Source: Promethearchaeia archaeon
GTDB lineage: Archaea; Asgardarchaeota; Lokiarchaeia; Sigyniarchaeales; SOKP01
Direction of reading: 5' to 3'
Length of the DNA stretch: 18,785 bases
NCBI GenBank assembly: GCA_046483985.1
Contig: JAWOCD010000068.1
Location: 1 to 18,785, forward strand
How positions within the stretch are numbered: the first letter of the stretch is position 1; each line of letters starts with the position of its first letter. Positions 1-7,891 of the stretch are shown piece by piece. The notes beneath the pieces were generated by a model. The model saw only the letters and a list, made by a program, of their open reading frames with translations. It did no database searches and was not told the DNA's origin. Position numbers and translations under genes: made by a program.

Positions 1-1
1 G

Positions 2-184
2 TTTGAATCAAAATTTGGAATGAAAACTAAAAGATTCGTCGAGAAATGGAATGCTAAAGAAATCCCTGAACCAGAAGATCACCAACTTTTAGAAGAGTTT
101 TTAGAATGGCAAGGATTATTTGAAAGTCTTCAAGATGTTGAAAATGAGTTGAATGCGATTGAAAAGCGTATTAAAGAGAGCTGA
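2..184 (+). CDS. 5'-partial antitoxin-like protein (TumA-like partner of DUF6516/TumE)
   Basis: My translation from the window edge: FESKFGMKTKRFVEKWNAKEIPEPEDHQLLEEFLEWQGLFESLQDVENELNAIEKRIKES*. The FExKyGMxSxxF...EW pattern is typical of the small genes upstream of DUF6516 genes, and it overlaps the next ORF. Confidence 0.65.
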   Translation, partial: FESKFGMKTKRFVEKWNAKEIPEPEDHQLLEEFLEWQGLFESLQDVENELNAIEKRIKES

Positions 185-530
185 AAAAGCGTCAAGAGAT
201 TTAAATCAATTAAAGCTTCAAGATGTAAAGCTTACTCGGATTAAAATAGCTGAAAATAACCCAGAAACGGGAAATTTCAGGCTAAAAGGCTATTTTTCTG
301 AAACCGAATTTATTGAAATTTTCCAATTTTACTTATCGGGCAAGCTATTAAAGTATTCATATGTTTATATAAAGGATAATAACTCCATTTTGCGCTATGA
401 TAATGCTCCACATCATGAGCAATTCAAATCCTTTCCAGATCATAAACATATTAAAGAAAGAATTAAAGGTTTGGAAGACCCCACTTTGAAAAATTTTATA
501 GCTGAGGTATTAAAAATCAAGACAAAATGA
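153..530 (+). CDS. DUF6516 / TumE-family putative toxin
   Basis: Motif KYSYVY...ILRYDNAPHH...SFPDHKH is characteristic of DUF6516; coupled to the small upstream gene. Confidence 0.8.
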   Translation: MRLKSVLKRAEKASRDLNQLKLQDVKLTRIKIAENNPETGNFRLKGYFSETEFIEIFQFYLSGKLLKYSYVYIKDNNSILRYDNAPHHEQFKSFPDHKHIKERIKGLEDPTLKNFIAEVLKIKTK

Positions 531-633
531 GTCTAATAAATTATGCATTAATTACATCTATATTATAAAAATAAAGCAAGTAAGAGAAAAATACGATACT
601 AATTTTCCTACAAAGGAATTCACATATAAAATT

Positions 634-843
634 ATGACCGTTACTCCAACCATTAAAGAAGAGAGTTTATATTACCAATTTAAAATAAAATGTACTTGCT
701 CTGAAGATATATTCGATGGAATCAATATGGATAATTATAAACCAATTGATAAAAAAATCGTTTGTTCTAAATGTGAAAATCTTTTTAATATACCATACGA
801 TTTTTCTTGTTATTACGTTTTTGAATCAGCTAATCGTTACTGA
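634..843 (+). CDS. Small putative Zn-ribbon protein
   Basis: 69 aa with CTC and CSKC pairs (IKCTCSE...IVCSKCENLF); 3' end overlaps the convergent regulator by 18 bp. Confidence 0.5.
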   Translation: MTVTPTIKEESLYYQFKIKCTCSEDIFDGINMDNYKPIDKKIVCSKCENLFNIPYDFSCYYVFESANRY

Positions 844-1638
844 GATTACTACTTCTTTGTCTTGGGGTGATATTTTCTTAATAGAACAATTTACATCCCG
901 GTTCAAGGAATTAGCAATTGTTTGTTCAAGTACTCCTGCGACGATATAAAAATGATTGTGAAGTTTTTCGGACTTTTCAAATAAGTCGATATTGCTTAGA
1001 CAATACAAGGCCTTCTTTCCCTTAACTTTACTCTCCACAGTGGGACTTACTTCATAAATAAAATCTATAAACGAAAAAGAATCCCCTAAATATCTGAGAA
1101 AATCTTCAATAGAATCCTTTTCGTTCGGAAGGACTTTATCCGGATATTTAGAACCATAGGGAAAATTCAAATAATGCGCAATTTCCTTTCCAAAATCTTT
1201 ATATTTCTTTTTATCTGTAAATTCCTTTTTAAAAAAAGATAATAAGCCTAAATAATAATTATCCAATAATTTCTTGGGGATGAGACGTCGTTTTGTACTG
1301 GAATAGAGCGTATAAGAGCCCACTTTTTTACCGACCACCCTTTTTCTTGCTTCTAAAATCCCTAGGTATTTACTAACGGTGTTATGAGATGCATCAATCG
1401 CATTACAAATATCGGTTATAGTGGAACCAGAGGGATTTTCCAACAGGTATTCTAAGATCAGCTTTTCATAATCTCTTCGATTTCTATTTTTCTTTTGTTT
1501 ATGCTTATTCTCTTTCCATTTTCTTTTAATTCGGTAAAAATAGGACTTGCTAACTTGTTCAATCTGACTTTTGGCCTCTTTTAGTGAAATTTGGGGATTA
1601 TTCTCCAGTAGGTTTACAATTTTTTCTTTAATTAACAT
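826..1638 (-). CDS. Winged-HTH transcriptional regulator with C-terminal V4R/HNOB-like ligand-binding domain and an extra N-terminal helical (HTH-like) module
   Basis: wHTH: ILEYLLENPSGSTITDICNAIDASHNTVSKYLGILEA...VVGKKVGSYTLY. C-terminal YKDFGKEIA...HFYIVAGVLEQTI...VNCSIKKI pattern resembles the V4R/HNOB fold. Divergent from the catabolic cluster. Confidence 0.75.
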   Translation of the reverse strand: MLIKEKIVNLLENNPQISLKEAKSQIEQVSKSYFYRIKRKWKENKHKQKKNRNRRDYEKLILEYLLENPSGSTITDICNAIDASHNTVSKYLGILEARKRVVGKKVGSYTLYSSTKRRLIPKKLLDNYYLGLLSFFKKEFTDKKKYKDFGKEIAHYLNFPYGSKYPDKVLPNEKDSIEDFLRYLGDSFSFIDFIYEVSPTVESKVKGKKALYCLSNIDLFEKSEKLHNHFYIVAGVLEQTIANSLNRDVNCSIKKISPQDKEVVISVTIS

Positions 1639-1645
1639 CCTTTAA

Positions 1646-1765
1646 AAAGTCCACAAAAGTCTACTTTGATCTTAATGTGTACAGTAAGATTTATATACTT
1701 TATCATAAATTAATAGTATTAATAATAGTTAATTATCAAAGTCTACTTTCAAAAAAAGTATACCT
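1646..1765. promoter_or_regulatory. Divergent promoter region with repeated palindromic operator AAAGT-NN-ACTTT
   Basis: AAAGTCTACTTT occurs exactly at 1656-1667 and 1738-1749. Degenerate copies AAAGTCCAC (1646) and AAAGTATACCT (1755). AT-rich TATA-like stretch (TTTATATA, ~1690) lies between them. Confidence 0.7.
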
Positions 1766-1780
1766 ATTTAGTGAAACTAA

Positions 1781-2827
1781 ATGTCATTGAATCAAGAAAT
1801 TGAAACCTTTCTTAAAGAAAAAGGGGCACTTAAGGTGGGATTTGCAACACGAGAATCTTTAGAAGGTCCACCGAGTGCGGATATCACTTATGTTATACCA
1901 GAAGCACAATCTGCCATAAGTTATGCACTGCCCTTTGATAAAAAAATAATCCGAGAATATCTTAGCAAAAAAAACTTTGCACATCATGAAAAAAATAGAT
2001 TTGATTTAAATTATAGATCAGTCAAGATATCTCGTGAATTAGCTTCAATTTTAGAGGAAAAGGGATATGAAGCAAAAGCAATTTTATCAAATAATAATTA
2101 TCGAAAAGAAATCAAAAGCTGGAGAGCTGATATGCCTCCTATTTTATCACATCGATATGTTGCAGTAGCCTCAGGTGTGGGCTCCTTTGGCTGGTCGGGT
2201 AATGTTGGAATGAAAGGACGCGGTACAACTATTCTTCTTGGAACAGTTGTCACTACGGCTAAACTGGAACCTACTGATCCAATTCCTTCCGAAGAATCCT
2301 TCTGTACGAAATGCAAATTATGTACAAAAGTATGCTCTGCCAGTATGTTTGATAAAGAAAAAGCTGTTGAATTTACAATTGGCGGAAAAGAATACTCTCA
2401 CGCTCGTCGGAATGGGTATGTACGGTGCCAATATGTGTGTGGAGGTTTTACGGGGCTGCATCCCAGTGGTAAATTTTCTACCTGGTCTCCCGGCAGATTT
2501 CCAATTCCAGAGGATAATGCTAGGATCTATAAAATGATTGGTAAAGCTATGAAACGCTATAAAGATTGGCCCGATCGGACGGATGCTGATGGGGGGTATA
2601 TCAATGAAGCCGCTCCAGGTGTCAATATAAGGCTCACATGCGGGATGTGTCAAAATATCTGTTGGGGCGATCCCAAGGAAACCGCTAAAAATTATAAAAT
2701 GTTGGTTGATTCGGGATGTATTGTCCAAAAACCGAATGGAGATTTTACAGTATTACCGCCCGAAGAGGCAAAAGACTATTTTGAATCTTTACCCGAAGAA
2801 CATAGGAAACTCTATACTTTAAATTAA
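1781..2827 (+). CDS. Cobalamin-dependent Fe-S oxidoreductase, QueG / reductive dehalogenase superfamily
   Basis: N-terminal GALKVGFA; cobalamin-domain motif SHRYVAVASGVGSFGWSGN...LGTVVT; Fe-S motifs FCTKCKLCTKVC, RCQYVC and TCGMCQNIC. No Tat signal. Confidence 0.85.
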   Translation: MSLNQEIETFLKEKGALKVGFATRESLEGPPSADITYVIPEAQSAISYALPFDKKIIREYLSKKNFAHHEKNRFDLNYRSVKISRELASILEEKGYEAKAILSNNNYRKEIKSWRADMPPILSHRYVAVASGVGSFGWSGNVGMKGRGTTILLGTVVTTAKLEPTDPIPSEESFCTKCKLCTKVCSASMFDKEKAVEFTIGGKEYSHARRNGYVRCQYVCGGFTGLHPSGKFSTWSPGRFPIPEDNARIYKMIGKAMKRYKDWPDRTDADGGYINEAAPGVNIRLTCGMCQNICWGDPKETAKNYKMLVDSGCIVQKPNGDFTVLPPEEAKDYFESLPEEHRKLYTLN

Positions 2828-2859
2828 TTATATTTTAATACCTCAATAGAGCTAAAAAT

Positions 2860-4371
2860 ATGGCTAATAAGAAAAAAAATGTGCTATTTCTAATGACGGA
2901 TCAGCACCGCGCTGATCATATGAGTTGTGCCGGCAATAAAGTTCTTAACACTCCCAATTTAGACCGCTTGGCTTCAGAAGGAGTGAGATTTACTAATGCG
3001 TATTGTGCCAATCCCATGTGCATGCCTAACCGTGCAAGCATCTTTACCGGCTGTTACCCAAATGTACATCATGTTCGAAGTAATGGAATTAATTTACCGC
3101 TGAATACAGAAACATTTGTAGAATCCATGCGAAAAAAAGGATTTATTACATCAAAAATCGGGAAACCGCATTTTCAATTCTGGATCCCTCCTTACAGTCG
3201 AAAGGATAAATCCTTAGAAGCAATCCATCATTGGATGGAAACACCCGAACAAGCAAAAGAGGAGTTTCCTTTTCCCTACTATGGTTTCACTGAATGTGAA
3301 ACTACCTTAGGGCATGGAGATCTTTGTGCGGGCCATTATTTAGATTGGTTAGAAGAGCGACGTCCCGGATCAAGGGAAAAAATGAGAGAAAATCTGAACA
3401 TTAATGAATTTTTTGGTGTGCTGGGAAGAGAAACGGAACTCTCAGTTGCCGATTTCCCCACCTCATATTGTCAAGAAAGAACTATTGCCTTCTTGGAAAG
3501 ATATGCAAAAGGAAAATACGGGGATAGTCCGTTTTTTTGCTGTTGTTCCATCCCTGACCCCCATCATCCCGTCACACCACCAGGAAAATATTATGATATG
3601 TACAAATTGGAAGATATAGAACTTCCCGAAACCTATAATCATATTGAAGAGCTCTATGAGCACCCCTTTTTAGGGCAATACATTAAGAATCCCGTATTTC
3701 GTGGGGCAATGCTTCGAGAATCCACAGAAGAAGAGGTGAGGGAGTTTATCCGATTAACTTACGGTTCAATATCGCTGGTTGATGATGCCATCGGAAATAT
3801 TTTAGCGGCCTTAGAAAAATTCGGATTAGCAGATGATACGATAGTGGTATATACCAGTGATCATGGAGACTTAATGGGAGATCACGGTATGCTTCTTAAG
3901 GGGCCATCTCCTTTTGACGGAATACTAAGAGTTCCTTTGATAATAAAAGCTCCTGGAGTCACATCGCCGGCTGTGACAGATTCATTGGCAAGTTCAATCG
4001 ATTTGTGTAAGACATTAACCAAACTGGCGGGATTACGAGAACGCCATCTTGACGATTTTGTGCAAGGCAAAGATTTAACTCCTGTATTAAAGGACCCCGA
4101 AAGGTCAGTACGGGATTATTGTTATATTGAAGAAGATGAGGAGGTTGGTCCTTTAGTTATACGGTTGAGACATCTTATTACAAAAAACTATAAAATAACT
4201 ACTTATGAAAGGATGGAAAATTTCGGAGATATATATGATCGACAAAACGACCCACATGAGCTTCATAACTTATGGGATGATGAAGAATTACGATTAAAGT
4301 TACTGCAAAAAATGCATCATGCAACCTTAAAAAGTCTTTCAAAGATTCCCGAACGGCAAGCCTCCAGCTGA
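2860..4371 (+). CDS. Cys-type (formylglycine-dependent, family S1) sulfatase, cytoplasmic
   Basis: NVLFLMTDQHR, signature CMPNRASIFTG (CxPxR), GKPH, PDPHHP, TSDHGD...KGP; no signal peptide. Confidence 0.93.
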   Translation: MANKKKNVLFLMTDQHRADHMSCAGNKVLNTPNLDRLASEGVRFTNAYCANPMCMPNRASIFTGCYPNVHHVRSNGINLPLNTETFVESMRKKGFITSKIGKPHFQFWIPPYSRKDKSLEAIHHWMETPEQAKEEFPFPYYGFTECETTLGHGDLCAGHYLDWLEERRPGSREKMRENLNINEFFGVLGRETELSVADFPTSYCQERTIAFLERYAKGKYGDSPFFCCCSIPDPHHPVTPPGKYYDMYKLEDIELPETYNHIEELYEHPFLGQYIKNPVFRGAMLRESTEEEVREFIRLTYGSISLVDDAIGNILAALEKFGLADDTIVVYTSDHGDLMGDHGMLLKGPSPFDGILRVPLIIKAPGVTSPAVTDSLASSIDLCKTLTKLAGLRERHLDDFVQGKDLTPVLKDPERSVRDYCYIEEDEEVGPLVIRLRHLITKNYKITTYERMENFGDIYDRQNDPHELHNLWDDEELRLKLLQKMHHATLKSLSKIPERQASS

Positions 4372-4429
4372 AGAAAAATATACAAATCAAACCTAAAACT
4401 TTAAAAATACTATAGTGATTATTACAAGA

Positions 4430-4594
4430 ATGAAAAAAATTAAAGAGGAAAGTTTAACGGAAGAAATAAAAAAGCTCGCCATAACCCATGGCGCAAACTT
4501 GGTGGGTATTTGCTCAGCAGAATCTCTCCAAGATAAATTTAATAGAAAAAGATTCAAATATAGAAAATCAAAAAAACAATGCAAAAGAAAATGA
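4430..4594 (+). pseudogene. Truncated N-terminus of a second QueG/RdhA-like gene
   Basis: My translation MKKIKEESLTEEIKKLAITHGANLVGICSAESLQDKFNRKRFKYRKSKKQCKRK* matches the start of 1781..2827 (SLNQEIETFLKEKGALKVGFATRESLE), then becomes K/R-rich with no similarity. The stop overlaps an ATG at 4591 (ATGA). Confidence 0.65.
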
Positions 4595-5694
4595 AGTCAA
4601 GTCCATATGATGTCATCATTGATAAGATGAAAGAATATCCTAATGATATCCCTCGGGACGAAGAAGGGAATGTTTCTGAAGCTTTTAAAGAATATATCAA
4701 GTTATTTTTTACCCCCGAGGAGGCTGAAATTGCTCAGCATTTAGAGATTATGCCCTTATCCGTGAGAAAGATTGCAGAAAGACTGGGTAAAGACCGAAAA
4801 GAAACAAGGCGAATTCTGAAAGACATGGCAGATAAGGGAATAATTCAAGATATTGGAGGATTTTCCTATTTTATTACAGTTGCGCATTTGCTTAATATAG
4901 GATTTAAATATTCTGAATCATTAAAGCGTTTGGGCAAGAAAGGGGCTGAATTGTACCAGAAATTTTTTATTGAAGAGAAATATTATAAACGTTATGAATC
5001 CTCTGATAAGGGGACCTCACTTACAAGAATAGTTCCAATTGATAAGGCAATAGACCATCAATCCATCATAACAAATGCCGAGGAAATCCATAAAGTAATT
5101 GATAATTGTTTGCCTCCCATTGTTGCTACGGATTGCCCTTGTAGGAAAAGAACCGAAACCTTAGGAATTCGGGAATGTAAGGATAAATATCCTATTGAAG
5201 AATCGTGCCTACAATTGGGTCCGTTTGGGAAATATTTTCTTGACAGAGGAGAGGGGACTGAGCTAACCCGTGAAGAAGCACACAGATTAGTAGATCAGCT
5301 TGCAAAGCTAGGGTTAATTTTTACCACGGAAAATGTTGTTCAAGCAAATCACCAAATTATATGCTGCTGTTGTGAATGTTGTTGTTCTTTATTACGCGGA
5401 ATGACGCGATTTTCTGATAAAAACGAATTTTGTACCGCCAAGTCCAATTATATTTCCAAGGTGGATGAAGATCTTTGTAAGGGATGCGGAATATGCGTCG
5501 AACGATGTGTCTTCAATGCAATTTCACTAAAAAACAAAAAAGCTAATGTGGACACAGACAAATGCTATGGATGCGGTTCATGTGCGGTCACTTGCCCCTC
5601 TGAGGCAATAAAACTCTATCGAAAAGAGAGGACTCAGATTCTTGATAATTTTAAAGAGCTTACCGACACAATATATGAAGAAAATAGGAATTAA
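4579..5694 (+). CDS. Poly-cysteine 4Fe-4S dicluster protein with N-terminal HTH-like region (start may be ATG 4591)
   Basis: FTPEEAEIA...LKDMADKGII N-region; CPCR, SCLQLG, ICCCCECCC; two C-terminal ferredoxin motifs CKGCGICVERC and CYGCGSCAVTCP. Confidence 0.88.
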   Translation: MQKKMKSSPYDVIIDKMKEYPNDIPRDEEGNVSEAFKEYIKLFFTPEEAEIAQHLEIMPLSVRKIAERLGKDRKETRRILKDMADKGIIQDIGGFSYFITVAHLLNIGFKYSESLKRLGKKGAELYQKFFIEEKYYKRYESSDKGTSLTRIVPIDKAIDHQSIITNAEEIHKVIDNCLPPIVATDCPCRKRTETLGIRECKDKYPIEESCLQLGPFGKYFLDRGEGTELTREEAHRLVDQLAKLGLIFTTENVVQANHQIICCCCECCCSLLRGMTRFSDKNEFCTAKSNYISKVDEDLCKGCGICVERCVFNAISLKNKKANVDTDKCYGCGSCAVTCPSEAIKLYRKERTQILDNFKELTDTIYEENRN

Positions 5695-5714
5695 ATAGTA
5701 AAAGAGAGGATAAA

Positions 5715-7217
5715 ATGACTGAACCTATGAATGTTATATTTATAATTACCGATCAACAACGAAGGGATCATCTCAGTTGCTATGGAAATCCCACGTTAAA
5801 AACTCCTAATATCGACAGTATTGCAGAAGATGGAGTCAGATTTGAGAATTATATATGTAATACCCCCATTTGTATGCCCAATCGAGCAAATTTTTTTACA
5901 GGATGTTATCCAAGCGTGCATGGTACAAGATCAAATGGCATTAATTTAGATCCCGAATTTCCCATCATCTCAGAGATCCTAAGACAGACAGGTTATTATA
6001 CTATTTCAATAGGTAAAAATCATTGTAATTTTTTTAGTCGCCCGTCAAAGCGAGGGGTTCATTCAGATGAAAATATTATTTCATGGTTACATGGAGATAT
6101 GAACTCTGATAAGTTAGATCTTCCATGGTACGGCTATGAGGAGGTACATATGACTGTGGGACACGGTGATTGGATGGCGGGGCACTATTCAGAATGGTTG
6201 GAAAAAAAGGGGTGGGATCAACACTCTTATTCAATTGAAAATCCCCTCTGCCTAAATGAATATTATTATGAAACGGAAATGCCCGAAGAATTATTTCCCA
6301 CAAATTACATAACTAAGAAAACGGTTGAATTTCTAGAAAATTATTCTTCCAGTGGACACGCAGATAAACCATTCTTCCTACATTGTTCGTTCCCAGATCC
6401 ACATCATCCTGTTTGTCCCCCAGGAAAATACAAGGATCTATATAGCCCAGATGATATTGAATTACCAGCTAATTTTGAGGATGGTGAAAAATTACTTAAT
6501 CATGGATTTCTTGGAGAATTACTAAAAAATCCTCGATTTCGTCAATTAATCCCTCAAAAAGTATCCAAAGAGGAGGCAAAAATGTTTACAGCGCTTACTT
6601 ATGGTTCAATTTCAATGATTGACGATGGGATTGGTAAGATTTTACATGCTCTGGAAAAATCCGGAATGACAGATAATACCATGGTCATTTTTACCAGTGA
6701 TCACGGAGATATGGGAGGGGACCATGGGCTTATCCTCAAGGGCCCTGCTCATTATCGCGGGATAATTAATATGCCCTTATTATGGAAGATTCCAGGGCTC
6801 ACAAAAAAGAGTACCTATGAATCCTTGATTTCCACTATTGATTTATCGAAAACAATCTTGAATCTTTTAAGGATTAAAGAAAAATATCAATCTCCCTACT
6901 TTCAAGGATATGATTTTACACCCATTTTTGAGAACCTTAATAAACGAATCAGAAAGCAAGTTCTTATTGAGCATGATGAGGAGATAGCTAAAGATTCCAT
7001 CATGCGTCTGAGAACTTTGGTCACCGATACCTATAGATTAACTATTTATGACGGGGAAAAAAATATTGGGGATCTATTCAATTATCGGGAGGATAATTTG
7101 GAAGTAAATAATCTTTGGGATAGAAATGATGAAACACGAGACAACTTAATTGAACGACTTCTTAGAGAAATAATTAAACTAAGACCTCGTCTGCCAGAAC
7201 GTGCCGCCTATAATTAA
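5715..7217 (+). CDS. Second Cys-type S1 sulfatase, paralogue of 2860..4371
   Basis: NVIFIITDQQR, CMPNRANFFTGCYP, RSNGINL, PDPHHPVCPPGKY, TSDHGD...LKGP; collinear with the first sulfatase. Confidence 0.93.
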   Translation: MTEPMNVIFIITDQQRRDHLSCYGNPTLKTPNIDSIAEDGVRFENYICNTPICMPNRANFFTGCYPSVHGTRSNGINLDPEFPIISEILRQTGYYTISIGKNHCNFFSRPSKRGVHSDENIISWLHGDMNSDKLDLPWYGYEEVHMTVGHGDWMAGHYSEWLEKKGWDQHSYSIENPLCLNEYYYETEMPEELFPTNYITKKTVEFLENYSSSGHADKPFFLHCSFPDPHHPVCPPGKYKDLYSPDDIELPANFEDGEKLLNHGFLGELLKNPRFRQLIPQKVSKEEAKMFTALTYGSISMIDDGIGKILHALEKSGMTDNTMVIFTSDHGDMGGDHGLILKGPAHYRGIINMPLLWKIPGLTKKSTYESLISTIDLSKTILNLLRIKEKYQSPYFQGYDFTPIFENLNKRIRKQVLIEHDEEIAKDSIMRLRTLVTDTYRLTIYDGEKNIGDLFNYREDNLEVNNLWDRNDETRDNLIERLLREIIKLRPRLPERAAYN

Positions 7218-7249
7218 TTAAATATCCTTTTTTGTTCTTATAAGTTAAT

Positions 7250-7291
7250 TTATTTTTTTCTTTTATAACCAGTATCTAAAAGAATATTCAT
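7250..7291 (-). pseudogene. Remnant of VapC/PIN toxin (first residues only)
   Basis: Minus strand MNILLDTGYKRKK* starts 12 bp after the antitoxin-like gene; xILLDTG is the canonical PIN-domain N-terminus containing the first catalytic Asp. Confidence 0.6.
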
Positions 7292-7303
7292 GTTGATCGG
7301 TTA

Positions 7304-7579
7304 TTAATTTTTTGAAATCCCATATATTAATTCGTCATCTGATTTATTTAAACTGTATAATTGATAATTTTGAGCATTAGAGAGAATTCTTTTAATTTTT
7401 TCGGAATTAGGTTCTACCTCTCTCTGACCTTCTTTAATCAAGTCATTGATGTGAGCTCGGGAATATTCTAAACATTTTTTTAATATTTCTTTATCTGAAA
7501 ATTGTTTAGAATATTTTGCTTCAATAGTTTTTTTAATCTTAGCGATGATCTCTTCCGGGTCTTCCTTTATACTGGTCAT
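7304..7579 (-). CDS. Putative VapB-like antitoxin
   Basis: 91 aa; MTSIK...SDKEILKKCLEY N-region and C-terminal SDDELIYG typical of archaeal VapB-type antitoxins; followed by the PIN start motif. Confidence 0.6.
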   Translation of the reverse strand: MTSIKEDPEEIIAKIKKTIEAKYSKQFSDKEILKKCLEYSRAHINDLIKEGQREVEPNSEKIKRILSNAQNYQLYSLNKSDDELIYGISKN

Positions 7580-7891
7580 ATATTATTAATAAGGAAATTT
7601 AAATATATAATTTTATTCTAAATTTATATTCTAATTTTCTTATAAAAAATTCCAAAATAAATCAGGTATTGGGCCATTTTATAGCTGAGGTCTGAGTCTT
7701 GCTTTTGGTGCACCCATACAACATACGGCTCACTAACGGAAAAGGCTCTGGTTGATCATTCCCTTTAATAAAAAATAAATGAAACCTCGGAATTACCTAT
7801 TTGTTAAGAAAAAAGATGGCTTCATTCTAATATTATATTAAGTAAAAGTTTAATTCATTGAATTTCCAATATATTATTAAGAGAAGGTGTT

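Noticed and set aside
1781-2827. Assigning gene symbol queG or rdhA
   Set aside because: The superfamily is clear but the specific function is not; no Tat signal/RdhB and no tRNA-modification context.
2098-6303. Short overlapping or antisense ORFs within the reductase and sulfatase genes (2098, 2238, 2318, 3404, 3463, 3882, 4199, 4393, 6076)
   Set aside because: Shadows of well-supported genes with no motifs; 4393..4584(-) is the antisense of the QueG-like stub.
493-7691. 16-bp exact match ATTTTATAGCTGAGGT at 493-508 and 7676-7691, bracketing the catabolic cluster
   Set aside because: One copy is inside the TumE coding sequence, the match is AT-rich and does not extend, and no integrase is present; it cannot be distinguished from chance.
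7662-7736. In-frame TGA in SGIGPFYS*GLSLAFGAPIQHTAH as possible selenocysteine
   Set aside because: No start codon, no recognisable selenoprotein motif and no SECIS that I can identify.
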